A DNA stretch of 64,000 bases from an uncultured archaeon. GTDB lineage: Archaea > Thermoproteota > EX4484-205 > JAAOZP01. Made by a program: the position numbers and the translations under genes. The stretch is from positions 1 through 64,000 of the forward strand of contig CALIBN010000024.1 of NCBI GenBank assembly GCA_938045545.1. The letters are read 5' to 3'. Below the pieces are notes generated by a model. That model was not told the DNA's origin, made no database searches, and saw only the letters and a program-made list of their open reading frames with translations. Each line of letters opens with the position of its first letter. Position 1 is the first letter of the stretch. Shown in pieces: positions 47,047-57,011 of this stretch.

Positions 47047-48490
47047 GCGTGTACACGCTTATCGCCTTCAACAATGGGAAGGCCATGTTCGGCGGAGTGT
47101 GTTCCACGCATAGCTCAACGTTAATCCTGTAAACGCCTCTAGCAATAGTCCTCTTCAACTCCAAGCTTAGGAATACGAATCTCGCTTCCCCGACGGTTAT
47201 GTTCACCCTTTCAATGCTAACCCCCATTTTCGGAAACCCTTCTCCTGTCGAAAAGTAGAACATGCCTAAATCCGGGTCCGTCGAGTTATACTTGCTTACT
47301 CTGAGTATAACCTCCCCCTCAAACCCATTTAAAGAGCCCAATAGAAAATCGACGGTGGTCTTCCCGCCGGGAGAAGCGTCGACGCGTGAAAAGTATGCTA
47401 CTATGCTTGGGGCGGGCTCATTATATGTTGAGGAAACGTTCGCAACCCCCAGCTTAACCCCTTTAACCTCCATCCTTGACGAGGTTTCCACGATGAACGT
47501 TAAAACATTTATGCCGAAGAGGGAGCGCTCATCTATCTGCATAGTCATAACCACCCCGCTGTAGTTCCTCGGCGTTAAGAAGAAGTCGCTGCCGTTAAAC
47601 TCGTTCAGAAAGAGACCAATATGGCTCGAGTAAACATGCACTGTTTCGTCGAAACCGTAGATGGGTTTAACTTTCACCAGTATGTTCACAACGTCACCCG
47701 GCTTAGCAATCGTGATGTTCGGTTGGAAGAGTATTTGAAAGTCTGGCGGAGGAGCCTCTGAAACCTCTACCGTCAGGTTCACAAGAGCCTGATGGCTAGT
47801 CGAGTTTAAAACAACCGTGAAATTGTTAACGCCCACAGGGGTGCTCCTGTTCGTTTTAACGATTATCTGATCTCTTTTCACACCTTTCTCTATAATGCTT
47901 TTCTCGGGCGTTGAGCCCGGCAGGCCCATTATGGAAACACCTATGGTCTCGTTGAAACCGGCGTGCGGGGTTATTGAAATGTTCAGCAGGAACGCTTCGG
48001 TCTGAATGATGCTTCCTGGTTGAAGGCTAACGCTCGCTTCAAACCAGGGCTTCTCAACCTCCTTAACGACTATCGTGAGCCTCGTTTTCCTCTCAACCTC
48101 CAGGTAGGAGCCTGAGACATTAACAGGGTATGTGCCAGGGAGGAGACCAGTGGTGTTCAGCGTGAGGATGGCGTTCCTCGAGGAAGGTGTTAAAACCCAG
48201 TTTGAAACCGAGTAGTCTATTTCGCCGGGTTTTTCAATCTTAAGGGTTACGCTGCCCTGGAAGGCGCCCTCCGGCACAAGGGTTATGAGCGTATTCACAA
48301 CCTTGCCTGGGAGAACCTCCACCCGGGTAGTGTTCAACTCCAGTCTGAAATCGTACACGGACGGCGGGGGGGTGAGGACCTTGGTGAACAGGAAGTAGAC
48401 GAGGACTACTGCTAGCAAAGCCACTGCGACTATCACAATGATGGGAAGCATTCTTCTAATCTTCTCCTCATTCTCTCCCGGCTCGAACAA
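47027..48490 (-). CDS. N-terminally membrane-anchored protein with about 4 Ig-like repeats
   Basis: N-terminal TM; recurring DF.l...PG...GF.g.V.L units. Confidence 0.7.
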   Translation of the reverse strand: MFEPGENEEKIRRMLPIIVIVAVALLAVVLVYFLFTKVLTPPPSVYDFRLELNTTRVEVLPGKVVNTLITLVPEGAFQGSVTLKIEKPGEIDYSVSNWVLTPSSRNAILTLNTTGLLPGTYPVNVSGSYLEVERKTRLTIVVKEVEKPWFEASVSLQPGSIIQTEAFLLNISITPHAGFNETIGVSIMGLPGSTPEKSIIEKGVKRDQIIVKTNRSTPVGVNNFTVVLNSTSHQALVNLTVEVSEAPPPDFQILFQPNITIAKPGDVVNILVKVKPIYGFDETVHVYSSHIGLFLNEFNGSDFFLTPRNYSGVVMTMQIDERSLFGINVLTFIVETSSRMEVKGVKLGVANVSSTYNEPAPSIVAYFSRVDASPGGKTTVDFLLGSLNGFEGEVILRVSKYNSTDPDLGMFYFSTGEGFPKMGVSIERVNITVGEARFVFLSLELKRTIARGVYRINVELCVEHTPPNMAFPLLKAISVYTLELHVD

Positions 48491-48578
48491 GTATCGTTTC
48501 TAATGGTGAAGAAGGATTTTTAAAGTTCTCGTTTAAAACAGGGATATCTTTAAAGCCTCCTCCAGCCCATATCGGCTC

Positions 48579-49793
48579 ATGCCACTAGACCCTTACACCG
48601 TCAGAGAGGATTTTCCTATTCTGAAGAGGGTTGTAAACGGTAAAAGCCTTGTTTACTTTAACAATGCTGCGACAACCCAGAAGCCTGTTCAGGTTGTTGA
48701 GGCTATAAAAGACTATTACTACAATTATAATTCCGACGTTCTGCGCAGCGTAAACACGTTGAGCTCCCAGGCGACTGACCTCTACATGGAGGCTAGGCGT
48801 AAAATAGCCGGGTTCATAGGCGCCGGCGAGGATGAGATTGTCTTCACTAGAAACACGACCGAGGGCTTAAACATGGTTGCGGAGGCGCTTTCAGGGCGGA
48901 TCGGCAGAGGGTCTCTGGTCGTCACCAGCATAATGGAGCACCACAGCAACCTTTTGCCTTGGAGGAGAATAGTAGCTAGAAAGGGCGGGAGGCTGACCGT
49001 GGTGGGGATGAACAGGGATTTCACGATAGACATGGACATGGTTGAGAAAAGCCTTGAAGAGGGTTGTGAAATACTTACTACTCTGCATGTTTCCAACGTT
49101 CTCGGGACTGTTAACCCTGTTAAAGAGCTTTCCAAGCTTGCCCACAAGCATGGGTGCCTCTTCATTCTCGACGCTGCCCAGAGCGTGCCGCACATGCCTT
49201 TCAACGTTAAGGATGTTGAACCGGATGCTACTGCTTTCAGCGGACACAAGATGCTTGGGCCTACAGGCATAGGCGTATTATACGTTAAGAGGAGTATTCT
49301 GGAGGAGGTTGAGCCCATGCTTCTAGGAGGCGGGATGGTGAAGACGGTGACTCTTGAAACCCAGGTTTACGAGGATATTCCCTTCAGGTTTGAAGCCGGC
49401 ACCCCTAATGTTGAGGGTGTAATCGGGCTGGCTGCTGCTGTCGATTACCTCCGCAAGATCGGGTTGGAGAACATTGCTGAACACGAGTCGAAACTGGTTA
49501 AGCATCTCCTTGAAGGCTTAGATAGGAGCTTTGTTGAAGTCTACGGGCCTGGAGAGGCTGATAAGCATGCCGGAATCTTAAGCTTCAACGTTAAGGGTGT
49601 TCATCCCCATGACGTCGCCCAGTTTCTAGACGCAGACGGGATCATGATAAGGTCAGGTGCCCTCTGTGCTGAGCCGCTTGTGAACGCTCTGGGAGCAAGC
49701 GCTGTTGCCAGAGTAAGCTTCTACCTCTACAACACTCTGGAGGAGGTCGATATGTTTCACGAGTCCCTCAGAAGGATGAGGATGCTCATGTAG
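48579..49793 (+). CDS. sufS: Cysteine desulfurase, SufS type
   Basis: NAATTQKP, MEHHSN, DAAQS, SGHKMLGPTG, RSGALCA. Confidence 0.92.
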   Translation: MPLDPYTVREDFPILKRVVNGKSLVYFNNAATTQKPVQVVEAIKDYYYNYNSDVLRSVNTLSSQATDLYMEARRKIAGFIGAGEDEIVFTRNTTEGLNMVAEALSGRIGRGSLVVTSIMEHHSNLLPWRRIVARKGGRLTVVGMNRDFTIDMDMVEKSLEEGCEILTTLHVSNVLGTVNPVKELSKLAHKHGCLFILDAAQSVPHMPFNVKDVEPDATAFSGHKMLGPTGIGVLYVKRSILEEVEPMLLGGGMVKTVTLETQVYEDIPFRFEAGTPNVEGVIGLAAAVDYLRKIGLENIAEHESKLVKHLLEGLDRSFVEVYGPGEADKHAGILSFNVKGVHPHDVAQFLDADGIMIRSGALCAEPLVNALGASAVARVSFYLYNTLEEVDMFHESLRRMRMLM

Positions 49794-49816
49794 CTGTTGA
49801 ACGGGGTGGGGAAACA

Positions 49817-50194
49817 ACGGGGGGTTCAGAGGGTCTCCGCGAGCTTTTAAAACGGTTTAAAAACACTGCTAATTACGGTGTGATTGAGAATGCTGACGCC
49901 GTCTCGGAGGAGACCGATTACTCTTGCGGAGACAGGCTGAAAATGTTTTTCAAGCTTGAGGGGAGAAAGATTGTGGACGTTAAGTTTACTTCCGAGGCAT
50001 GCCTGTTCTGCAACGCTTCAGCATCCCTACTCGCCGACCTGGCTAAAGGTAGGACTATTGAGCAGGCTCTTAGTATTAAAGAAGAAGATCTTTTAAGACT
50101 GTTCAACACTGATTCTAAAAGCCCTCGCTACCGCTGTATAATCCTCCCCCTGAGGGTCTTGAAGAAGGCCCTCCAAGGGTTTGAGAAAGGCTAG
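49817..50194 (+). CDS. sufU: SufU/IscU Fe-S scaffold-like protein
   Basis: CGD, ACLFCNASAS, RYRC; family-like N-terminus extends upstream of GTG 49880 to an in-frame ACG at 49817. Confidence 0.8.
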   Translation, partial: TGGSEGLRELLKRFKNTANYGVIENADAVSEETDYSCGDRLKMFFKLEGRKIVDVKFTSEACLFCNASASLLADLAKGRTIEQALSIKEEDLLRLFNTDSKSPRYRCIILPLRVLKKALQGFEKG

Positions 50195-50856
50195 GCCTCA
50201 CTGTTTTCCTCAGGTCTTTTCGACAGGATCTCGACCCAAGGGTTGTCTCTTAAGAAGGATGGGAGCCCACCCGTCTCAGCCGGTTCCCCCCCGCCTGAGA
50301 ACTTTTTTTGAACAGGCTCCTCCGCAACCATCGTTTTCCTCTCCACGGTTCTCCTCAGCTCCCTGACTTCCCTCAACAGTGAGAAGTATGCTTTTTCAAG
50401 CGAGTCAACTCTTTCAGAAAGCTCTCTGATCATGGACTCTATTCTGACAAGGCTTCTCTCGAGAGACCGGGTTTCAACAGGCCTCTGAGCCTGCCTGTTC
50501 ACAGTCTTCCTAAACCTGTTCTCCGCAGGAACCTTCTCCTCCGCGCCGTAGTCATCGTACAGGATTAGCCCGACGCCCTTCTTCATGAAGGAAGCTGTCT
50601 CGGCATCTTCCCCGACGATTCTGGGGGCGGCCACGTAAACCATGCTGTACTCCTTCGCTTTTTCAAGCACGGAGGCCAGGGCCTCGTAGAGAACAACCCT
50701 GTCAGCCTCCTCCTCGAAAAGTATTTTCACCAATGCTTCCTCCCTGCCGTTTGAAAAAACAAGCTCCCCCTTCTCCTCGTCATAGTCAGTAGCCTGAAAA
50801 CCCTGTTTAGAAAAGTATTTTTCAACCCTCTGAATAACCCTTCTGGAGAGGCTCAT
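50191..50856 (-). CDS. Arcadin-2-like crenactin regulator
   Basis: ATGA overlap with the crenactin stop; coiled coil; C-terminal DNPWVEILSKR resembles the crenactin-binding C-terminal peptide of Pyrobaculum arcadin-2. Confidence 0.7.
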   Translation of the reverse strand: MSLSRRVIQRVEKYFSKQGFQATDYDEEKGELVFSNGREEALVKILFEEEADRVVLYEALASVLEKAKEYSMVYVAAPRIVGEDAETASFMKKGVGLILYDDYGAEEKVPAENRFRKTVNRQAQRPVETRSLERSLVRIESMIRELSERVDSLEKAYFSLLREVRELRRTVERKTMVAEEPVQKKFSGGGEPAETGGLPSFLRDNPWVEILSKRPEENSEA

Positions 50857-52121
50857 CTGAACCCCATCCATCCCTCCATCCTGTCCCAGCTCCACCTGAA
50901 ACCCTCGGGGACAGCGTAGCCGTAAACTATGCATCCCCTCCAGACAGAGTACTTCGGGGAGCTCGCCATCACGACTCCTGCTTCCGAAACTCCTTTCTCG
51001 CTGAGCATCGTCTTAATCTTGTCAACCGCGTTTACACACGTGTTTTCAAGGCCCGGGGGGACTCTCCACTCGAAGTTCCCGCCGGAGAGTATTATCTGCC
51101 TGTATAGGTATGGTTGAAGCTCAACCGGGCATTTTTCGATTGACTGCAATATTGCCTCAGCCATGTCAATCATCCCTAGGAAAAACGTGTCCCCCACCTT
51201 AACATCCCCGGGCCGAGGCATTCCCCTTGTGAAATAGCTTTGAAAAACCTCGTGGTTAGGGTTGAAAACATACTCGCCGATGAGGAACCTTAGCCAACCG
51301 TTATCTTCAAGCGTGATCCTCAGCCTGGTTCCAGGTATGTTTACCACTGCGGCCAGCCTATCCGGGTTCTCCTTTCCAAACCTTATCGCCTCCTCAAGCC
51401 TCCTAGGCACTAGGCCAACCTGCTCCTTGATCTGTCTGACGACAGTCTCCTCCTTGGCGAGGTCGCTGTATCCACTGTCCTTCAGTATCTCTGCCGTTAT
51501 AGAGTTAGCATCCCCACCGCCCCTGTTTAGAGCGATGATGGCTGTTCTAACAGGGTATCTCGAGATCGGGGTTATCTGAGTGTTGCCATGTCCAGACTCT
51601 ACGACGACGCTCGTCGGAACCTTGTGGGATATCGCGACCGCCAGGGGCTGCGGGATTATCGTGGCCGCCGCAATAGTGTGTTCCTCGGAATCAATCCTCC
51701 TGTAGATGTCGAAAAGCTTCTCATACATGTATCTCGGCGCGACTGCTGACAGGGAGGCTACAACGTAGAAACCGTTGAAACCCTCCTCCTTCGGCGTGAA
51801 CTCTCTGAGGGCCATTCGAGAAACCTCTTCAACAACCTGCCAGGCTCTACTGTCGTTCTTATCTATTACGCCGTTTCTAAAAGGGTAGACGAGTCTTGAA
51901 GGCAGGTCTTCTCTCGCCTCCAAGTACAGAGGGATATCCTTTCCCACTACAACCTCCCTGCCCTCTCCCATTATCCTCGTCATAATCGAATCCTTATCCG
52001 GGAAATAGCCTCTGTTCTCAGTCACCTCCGGTGTTTCACCCAGAGAGATCGGGCCATACTTGATGAAGCTCGTCCCATAATCCATTCCAAGCACGTGTGA
52101 ACGCTTATACGTCTCGGACAA
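50853..52121 (-). CDS. Crenactin (archaeal actin)
   Basis: GMDYGTSFIKYGP, LSAVAPRYMY, IPQPLAVAI, ESGHGNTQ, ALNRGG, IILSGG, YSVWRG..YGYA, recognisable as crenactin. Confidence 0.92.
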   Translation of the reverse strand: MSETYKRSHVLGMDYGTSFIKYGPISLGETPEVTENRGYFPDKDSIMTRIMGEGREVVVGKDIPLYLEAREDLPSRLVYPFRNGVIDKNDSRAWQVVEEVSRMALREFTPKEEGFNGFYVVASLSAVAPRYMYEKLFDIYRRIDSEEHTIAAATIIPQPLAVAISHKVPTSVVVESGHGNTQITPISRYPVRTAIIALNRGGGDANSITAEILKDSGYSDLAKEETVVRQIKEQVGLVPRRLEEAIRFGKENPDRLAAVVNIPGTRLRITLEDNGWLRFLIGEYVFNPNHEVFQSYFTRGMPRPGDVKVGDTFFLGMIDMAEAILQSIEKCPVELQPYLYRQIILSGGNFEWRVPPGLENTCVNAVDKIKTMLSEKGVSEAGVVMASSPKYSVWRGCIVYGYAVPEGFRWSWDRMEGWMGFR

Positions 52122-52243
52122 TCCTCCCTCACACTCTTCTACTAATGCTTCCTTTAAACCATTTAAAAAACTACTGGTGCACGTTAAAACTCCACCGTCC
52201 CTGCCTCAGGCCTTCTTAACCGTTTCTAAAGGGTGAACAGGGG

Positions 52244-52762
52244 CTAAAGCCTCAGCATGCTTCTCAGCCTTTCTGAAACAGTCCTGCTCCTCCTTTTTTT
52301 TCCGGAAAGAATCCTTGAAACCATGTTCATCCCCCTGTTGGGTTTGAAAAGCCTGTAGGAAAAAGTGGCAACCCCCTTATCAGGGTAGGTTGAAACCCTC
52401 ACCCCAATCCCCTCGATGAAGAAGTTTTCGCCCAATCCTTGGAACTGTTCAATACTGCCCCTGACAGTAACGTAGGCTTCAACATGCTCGCACAGCTCAA
52501 GAATACCGTCGACAATCCTGTCAGCCATCAAGGGGTTTCTCAAACCGGAGAAATGGAGTGAAGCATGCAGGGTTTTCCCAAGCTCCTCCTCGTGGAAAAG
52601 CGTAAGGCTGAAATCCTCGTAAACCTCTGTGCGGAGCCTTGTTGAAACGTGTCTAGAGATCTTTTTAAGGGATTCGACCAGCAGAGGCCAGTATCCGCCG
52701 GGCTTCTCAAAATAGGCCTCCACTCTCATGAAATACTCCTGCTTTTCCAGCGGGCTGGTCAT
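52244..52762 (-). CDS. Hypothetical protein upstream of crenactin
   Basis: 172-aa ORF co-oriented with crenactin. Confidence 0.55.
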   Translation of the reverse strand: MTSPLEKQEYFMRVEAYFEKPGGYWPLLVESLKKISRHVSTRLRTEVYEDFSLTLFHEEELGKTLHASLHFSGLRNPLMADRIVDGILELCEHVEAYVTVRGSIEQFQGLGENFFIEGIGVRVSTYPDKGVATFSYRLFKPNRGMNMVSRILSGKKRRSRTVSERLRSMLRL

Positions 52763-52918
52763 CAGCCTAATATTGCGGTGCCGGAGGGAGAGATTAAAAC
52801 ATTACCTTAAGCCACCCTTCCCCCTGCGGATATACCGGTTTGAAAGGGTTGCCCCACACGATTGGCTTTTAAGCGAATGGGGAAGCTTTAAAACAGGAGG
52901 TTAAAGCCCAGTTTTAAA

Positions 52919-53737
52919 ATGGAGAGCGAGTATTCCGAATACGTTAAGGATGCTTTGAAAAAGTGTTTTGAAAAGATTAGGGGGATGGATGAGCATTCCC
53001 TTCATGAAAGAGTCGCGATAAACCCTTTCGGAGACCAGACCTTCATGGTGGACAGGGTTGCTGAAGAAGTGGTTTTCGAAACAACAAGGTTTTTCTTTAA
53101 AGACGCTACGCTGGTTAGCGAGGAATCAGGGCTAGTGGAGATTGGAGGCGGAGGTCCCCCTTTAATAATCGTCGACCCTGTTGACGGGAGCGTCAACGCT
53201 TCCAGAGGATATCCCGGTTACAGCTGTTCAATAGGGGTTGCAGAAGGAGAGCGCTTGGACGACTTAGTATGCTCAGGCGTTGTCAATCTTTTAACCGGCG
53301 ACCTTTACTTGGCTGAGAAGAATCGCGGAGCGTTCTTAAACGGGCGTAGAATAAGGGTTTCGAACGTGAAGAGGATCGAGGAGTCTCTGATATCTGTTGA
53401 CTTGAACGTCCGGGGAAGACTGCCTGGCTACGTTAGCAGGGTTTCAAGCATAATTGAGAAGGCTAGGCACGTTAGATCTCTGGGTTCTGACGCGCTTGAA
53501 ATATGCTTAGTGGCCTCTGGGGCGGCCGACGCCTTCTTGGATCTAAGGGGTTTTCTGAGGAGCCTCGACTTCGCAGCAGCATTCTTAATAGTTAAGGAGG
53601 CTGGAGGAGTAGTGTTAAACGGTGAGGCGGAGGACCTTAATGTTGAGCTGGTGCCTGTCTCGAAAAGCAGGGTTGTAGCAGCATGTTCAAGAAGCCTTGG
53701 CGAAGAAATAATTCGAGCCTTCAGAAGCAATACTTAG
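52919..53737 (+). CDS. suhB: Inositol monophosphatase / FBPase class IV
   Basis: VSEE, VDPVDGSVN, RSLGS, DFAAA..IVKEAGG. Confidence 0.88.
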   Translation: MESEYSEYVKDALKKCFEKIRGMDEHSLHERVAINPFGDQTFMVDRVAEEVVFETTRFFFKDATLVSEESGLVEIGGGGPPLIIVDPVDGSVNASRGYPGYSCSIGVAEGERLDDLVCSGVVNLLTGDLYLAEKNRGAFLNGRRIRVSNVKRIEESLISVDLNVRGRLPGYVSRVSSIIEKARHVRSLGSDALEICLVASGAADAFLDLRGFLRSLDFAAAFLIVKEAGGVVLNGEAEDLNVELVPVSKSRVVAACSRSLGEEIIRAFRSNT

Positions 53738-53814
53738 GCCAGTCGGAATGGGGTTTCTCATCATTATTCAGAGATCACCTCCATTCCTCATCTGATGATC
53801 CTGTAAATCGCTTA

Positions 53815-54354
53815 TTAAAAAGTTTTCCAGAGTGTTTCTTCAAAAACCCTGTATGTTTCATCATCATACAGGCAGAGTATGATTTCCCTAATCTTACCTC
53901 CTGAGGAAACGTATTCCTTGATCGTCTTCAGCATTACCTGCGCGCACCTATCCTTAGGGTAGCCAAATAAGCCAGTGGATACGGCTGGGAAAGCTATTGA
54001 CCATAGACCAAGCTGCTCAGCCAGCTTCAAGCTGTTTAACGTGGCGCTCCTGAGCTTCTCATCCTCGTCGCCCTCTCCCATTCTCGGGCCCACCGTGTGG
54101 ATGACGTACTTCGCCTCCAGAGAGCCTGCCGTGGTGTAGACCGCCTCCCCCACTTTCACCGGCCCCCTCTGCTCAACTATCCTGCTGCTCTCCTCCTGAA
54201 TAATCTTTCCCCCTGCCCTGACTATTGCAGCCGCTACTCCACCCCCGTGTCTCAACCAGCTGTTGGCAGCGTTAACGATCGCGTCGACCTTGAGCTTAGT
54301 AATATCGCCTTTAACAAGCCTTACAACGTATTCTCCTATCTTCACGTAAGACAT
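53815..54354 (-). CDS. Macrodomain (ADP-ribose binding/hydrolase) protein
   Basis: GDIT..VDAIVNAAN..HGGGVA, VIHTVGP, FPAVSTGLFG. Confidence 0.92.
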   Translation of the reverse strand: MSYVKIGEYVVRLVKGDITKLKVDAIVNAANSWLRHGGGVAAAIVRAGGKIIQEESSRIVEQRGPVKVGEAVYTTAGSLEAKYVIHTVGPRMGEGDEDEKLRSATLNSLKLAEQLGLWSIAFPAVSTGLFGYPKDRCAQVMLKTIKEYVSSGGKIREIILCLYDDETYRVFEETLWKTF

Positions 54355-54451
54355 TTTCAGCAATACCGTTACGCGGGGTGAAATAAGTTTTACAGTGGAT
54401 TTAAGACGGGAGAACACATTTAAATCCAGTTTTTAATAGCAGGCAGCCGTA

Positions 54452-55744
54452 ATGGCTCAGGCGCTTGACGATAAGGCTTCGGCAAAAAGGTATAGGAGGA
54501 ACCTTCTAGTCCTTCTCATAGACTGGATGACTTATGGTTCAGCGATGAACTTCGTCTCCATGGCTACTGTCCTGCCCGCCTTCATAATGAGCCTCACCGA
54601 CTCTAAGATCGCTGTGGGATTAGTTACGACGATATCGTTTTTGGGATGGAACTTTTTCCAACTGGTTTCCGCTGGAAGAATAGAAATGAGGAAGTTTAAG
54701 AAGCCTTTTCTACTGAGAATAACTCCGGGTGAAAGAATACCGTGGCTCATAGTTGCTTTTTCAACAGTCCTGCTCGCCGAAAGAGATCCTTTACTCGCCC
54801 TCCTTATATTCTACGCGTCGTACATTACGGTGAACGTTTCTTCGGGCCTCTGCACCACCGCTTGGCTGGATATTGTTGCTAAGACGATTCCTGAGGAGAA
54901 GAGGGGCTTCTTCTTCGCGGCCGCAAACCTTGTCTCATCAGTTTTAGGGCTGGCGAGCGGCTTCGCGGTGGCTTTCTACATGAGTTTCTTCAAATACCCT
55001 GTAAACTTTTTCATGTGTTTCCTAACGGCGTTCATACTCGTCTCCCTATCTTGGGTTGACATCACGTTCATAGACGAGCCGCCGTCAAACGTGGTTGGGA
55101 AGCCCAGCACCTTCAGGGAATACGTCGGCAAGATTCCGAGGATCATTAAGAACGATAGAAACTATCTTCTTTACACGGTTTCCGGGATAGTGGGCTCCTT
55201 CGGGGGGATCGCCTCCTCCTTCTATACCGCGTACGCTATAGACAGGTTTAAAGCAGGAGGCTTCGAAATAGGATTGTTCACATCCGCCTCGGTTGGAACA
55301 CAGATACTCGCAAACGTTCTGTGGGGCCTAATTCAGGAAAGACACGGCCATAAGACGGTGCTCGTAGCAGGAGGCGTAGCAGGGCTCCTGGCGACCATTA
55401 TCGCCCTGCTCGCCACCTCGCCGAATCATTTCCTGCTGGTTTTTGCCTTTTCAGGAGCGTCTTTCAGCTCATTCATGGTTTCAGGCTTTCCGATGCTTAT
55501 GGAGATGGCTCCGGAGGAGGATAGGCCGACTTACATAGGTTTAAACAGCGCTCTGAGAGCGCCTTCGCAAGCCGTCGCCCCTATTGTTGGAGGACTGGTT
55601 ATTGAAGAATACGGTTACCCACCGGCCTTCTTAGCCTCAGCGTTATTCTCAACCGCCAGCACGGTTATCTTGGCACGGGTCAGGCAGAAGCCCCGTGGCC
55701 CAGCTGGGTCCTCCATCCTAGGAAAGCTTTTAAAGCGTTTTTAA
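54452..55744 (+). CDS. MFS transporter
   Basis: About 12 TM helices; WLDIVAKTIPEEKRG; APEEDRPTY. Confidence 0.85.
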   Translation: MAQALDDKASAKRYRRNLLVLLIDWMTYGSAMNFVSMATVLPAFIMSLTDSKIAVGLVTTISFLGWNFFQLVSAGRIEMRKFKKPFLLRITPGERIPWLIVAFSTVLLAERDPLLALLIFYASYITVNVSSGLCTTAWLDIVAKTIPEEKRGFFFAAANLVSSVLGLASGFAVAFYMSFFKYPVNFFMCFLTAFILVSLSWVDITFIDEPPSNVVGKPSTFREYVGKIPRIIKNDRNYLLYTVSGIVGSFGGIASSFYTAYAIDRFKAGGFEIGLFTSASVGTQILANVLWGLIQERHGHKTVLVAGGVAGLLATIIALLATSPNHFLLVFAFSGASFSSFMVSGFPMLMEMAPEEDRPTYIGLNSALRAPSQAVAPIVGGLVIEEYGYPPAFLASALFSTASTVILARVRQKPRGPAGSSILGKLLKRF

Positions 55745-55756
55745 GCTTGTTCCGCC

Positions 55757-56965
55757 ATGCCTGCCCCCTCCTGGAGGATTATCGGCAGAGACGTTTATTG
55801 GCTGAGCATGCCTGATTACAGTACAAAGTTTTTCGAGAACATTTGGCCAATACCCGGTGGAGTAAACTACAACGCTTACCTTGTCGCTGACGGCAGCGAG
55901 TGTCTTCTGATAGATTCTTCTAAAAACGTTTATACTGCTGAAGAATTTATAGGTCTTCTCAAACAGGTTACTGAGCCGAGCCGCATAAGGCATATCGCCG
56001 TGCTCCACACGGAGCCTGATCACAGCAACCTTATAAGAGAGGTTTCAAACAGGGTTGGAAACCCCGTGTTATACTCGACCCTAAAGGCCTCCGCCTTCAT
56101 GAGAAGCATGTTTAACGTTGAGACGAGGGTTGTGAAGGACGGGGACACTATAATAGTCGGTGGAAGAAGGCTTAGGGTTATCGAGCTTCCCTGGATACAC
56201 TGGCCTGACACTATGCTCCTCTACCTTGAGGACGAGGGAATACTGTTCAGCTCCGACGCCTTCGGCGCCTTCGGCGCTTTGGAGAAGCCTGTTTTCGACG
56301 ACGAAACAGACTTCGAACAATACATGCGTAACTCCAAAGAGTATTTTGCAACAGTCGTCGCGGCTTACAGACAGATGGTTCTTAGAGCCTTGGACAAGGT
56401 TGGTAAACTCGGTTTAAGACTGAGGATTATTGCTCCCGCGCACGGGATTGTTTTAAGAAGCAGGATTCCTGAGGTTACTGAAGCTTTAACCTCCTGGTGC
56501 AGGTTAAAGAGCAAGAGGAAGATAACGGTGATATACGGGTCCATGTACGGTTTTACGGAACGGCTTGCGAGACACGCGTGCAGCATCCTTAAGAACAGGG
56601 TTGAAGAGGTTGCTCTTCATAGTTCCATGGAAAGCGGTGTGAACAGTGTTTTAAGCGACATTGTCGATTCAGCGGGCGTTCTCCTCATAACCCCCACCTA
56701 CGAGGGAAACGTGTTCCCGCCTTTAAGCAACATTGTCGAGCTTCTCAGGATTAAGAAAATGGGCGTTGGAAAGTTTGCGGCAGTAACTGTGACGAAGCTT
56801 TGGGGAGGGACAGCGGCAAGCCAGCTTTCGGCGAGATTAAGCGAGGCTGGCTTCGAGGTCTCGCATGTCTGCGAATACGTTAACTATCCGTGTGAAAGAG
56901 ACTTGACGGAGTACGAGAAAATTCTCCAAGGCTTCCTTCAAAAGATCTTAGAAAAAGCCGAATAA
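55757..56965 (+). CDS. fprA: FprA flavodiiron protein
   Basis: YNAYL, HTEPDH, HWPD, SSDAFG, PAHG; flavodoxin YGSMYGFT. Confidence 0.9.
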   Translation: MPAPSWRIIGRDVYWLSMPDYSTKFFENIWPIPGGVNYNAYLVADGSECLLIDSSKNVYTAEEFIGLLKQVTEPSRIRHIAVLHTEPDHSNLIREVSNRVGNPVLYSTLKASAFMRSMFNVETRVVKDGDTIIVGGRRLRVIELPWIHWPDTMLLYLEDEGILFSSDAFGAFGALEKPVFDDETDFEQYMRNSKEYFATVVAAYRQMVLRALDKVGKLGLRLRIIAPAHGIVLRSRIPEVTEALTSWCRLKSKRKITVIYGSMYGFTERLARHACSILKNRVEEVALHSSMESGVNSVLSDIVDSAGVLLITPTYEGNVFPPLSNIVELLRIKKMGVGKFAAVTVTKLWGGTAASQLSARLSEAGFEVSHVCEYVNYPCERDLTEYEKILQGFLQKILEKAE

Positions 56966-57011
56966 GGATGGTTAGCAAACTTTTATAACTCTGTGCTCGT
57001 ATAAGTCAACT

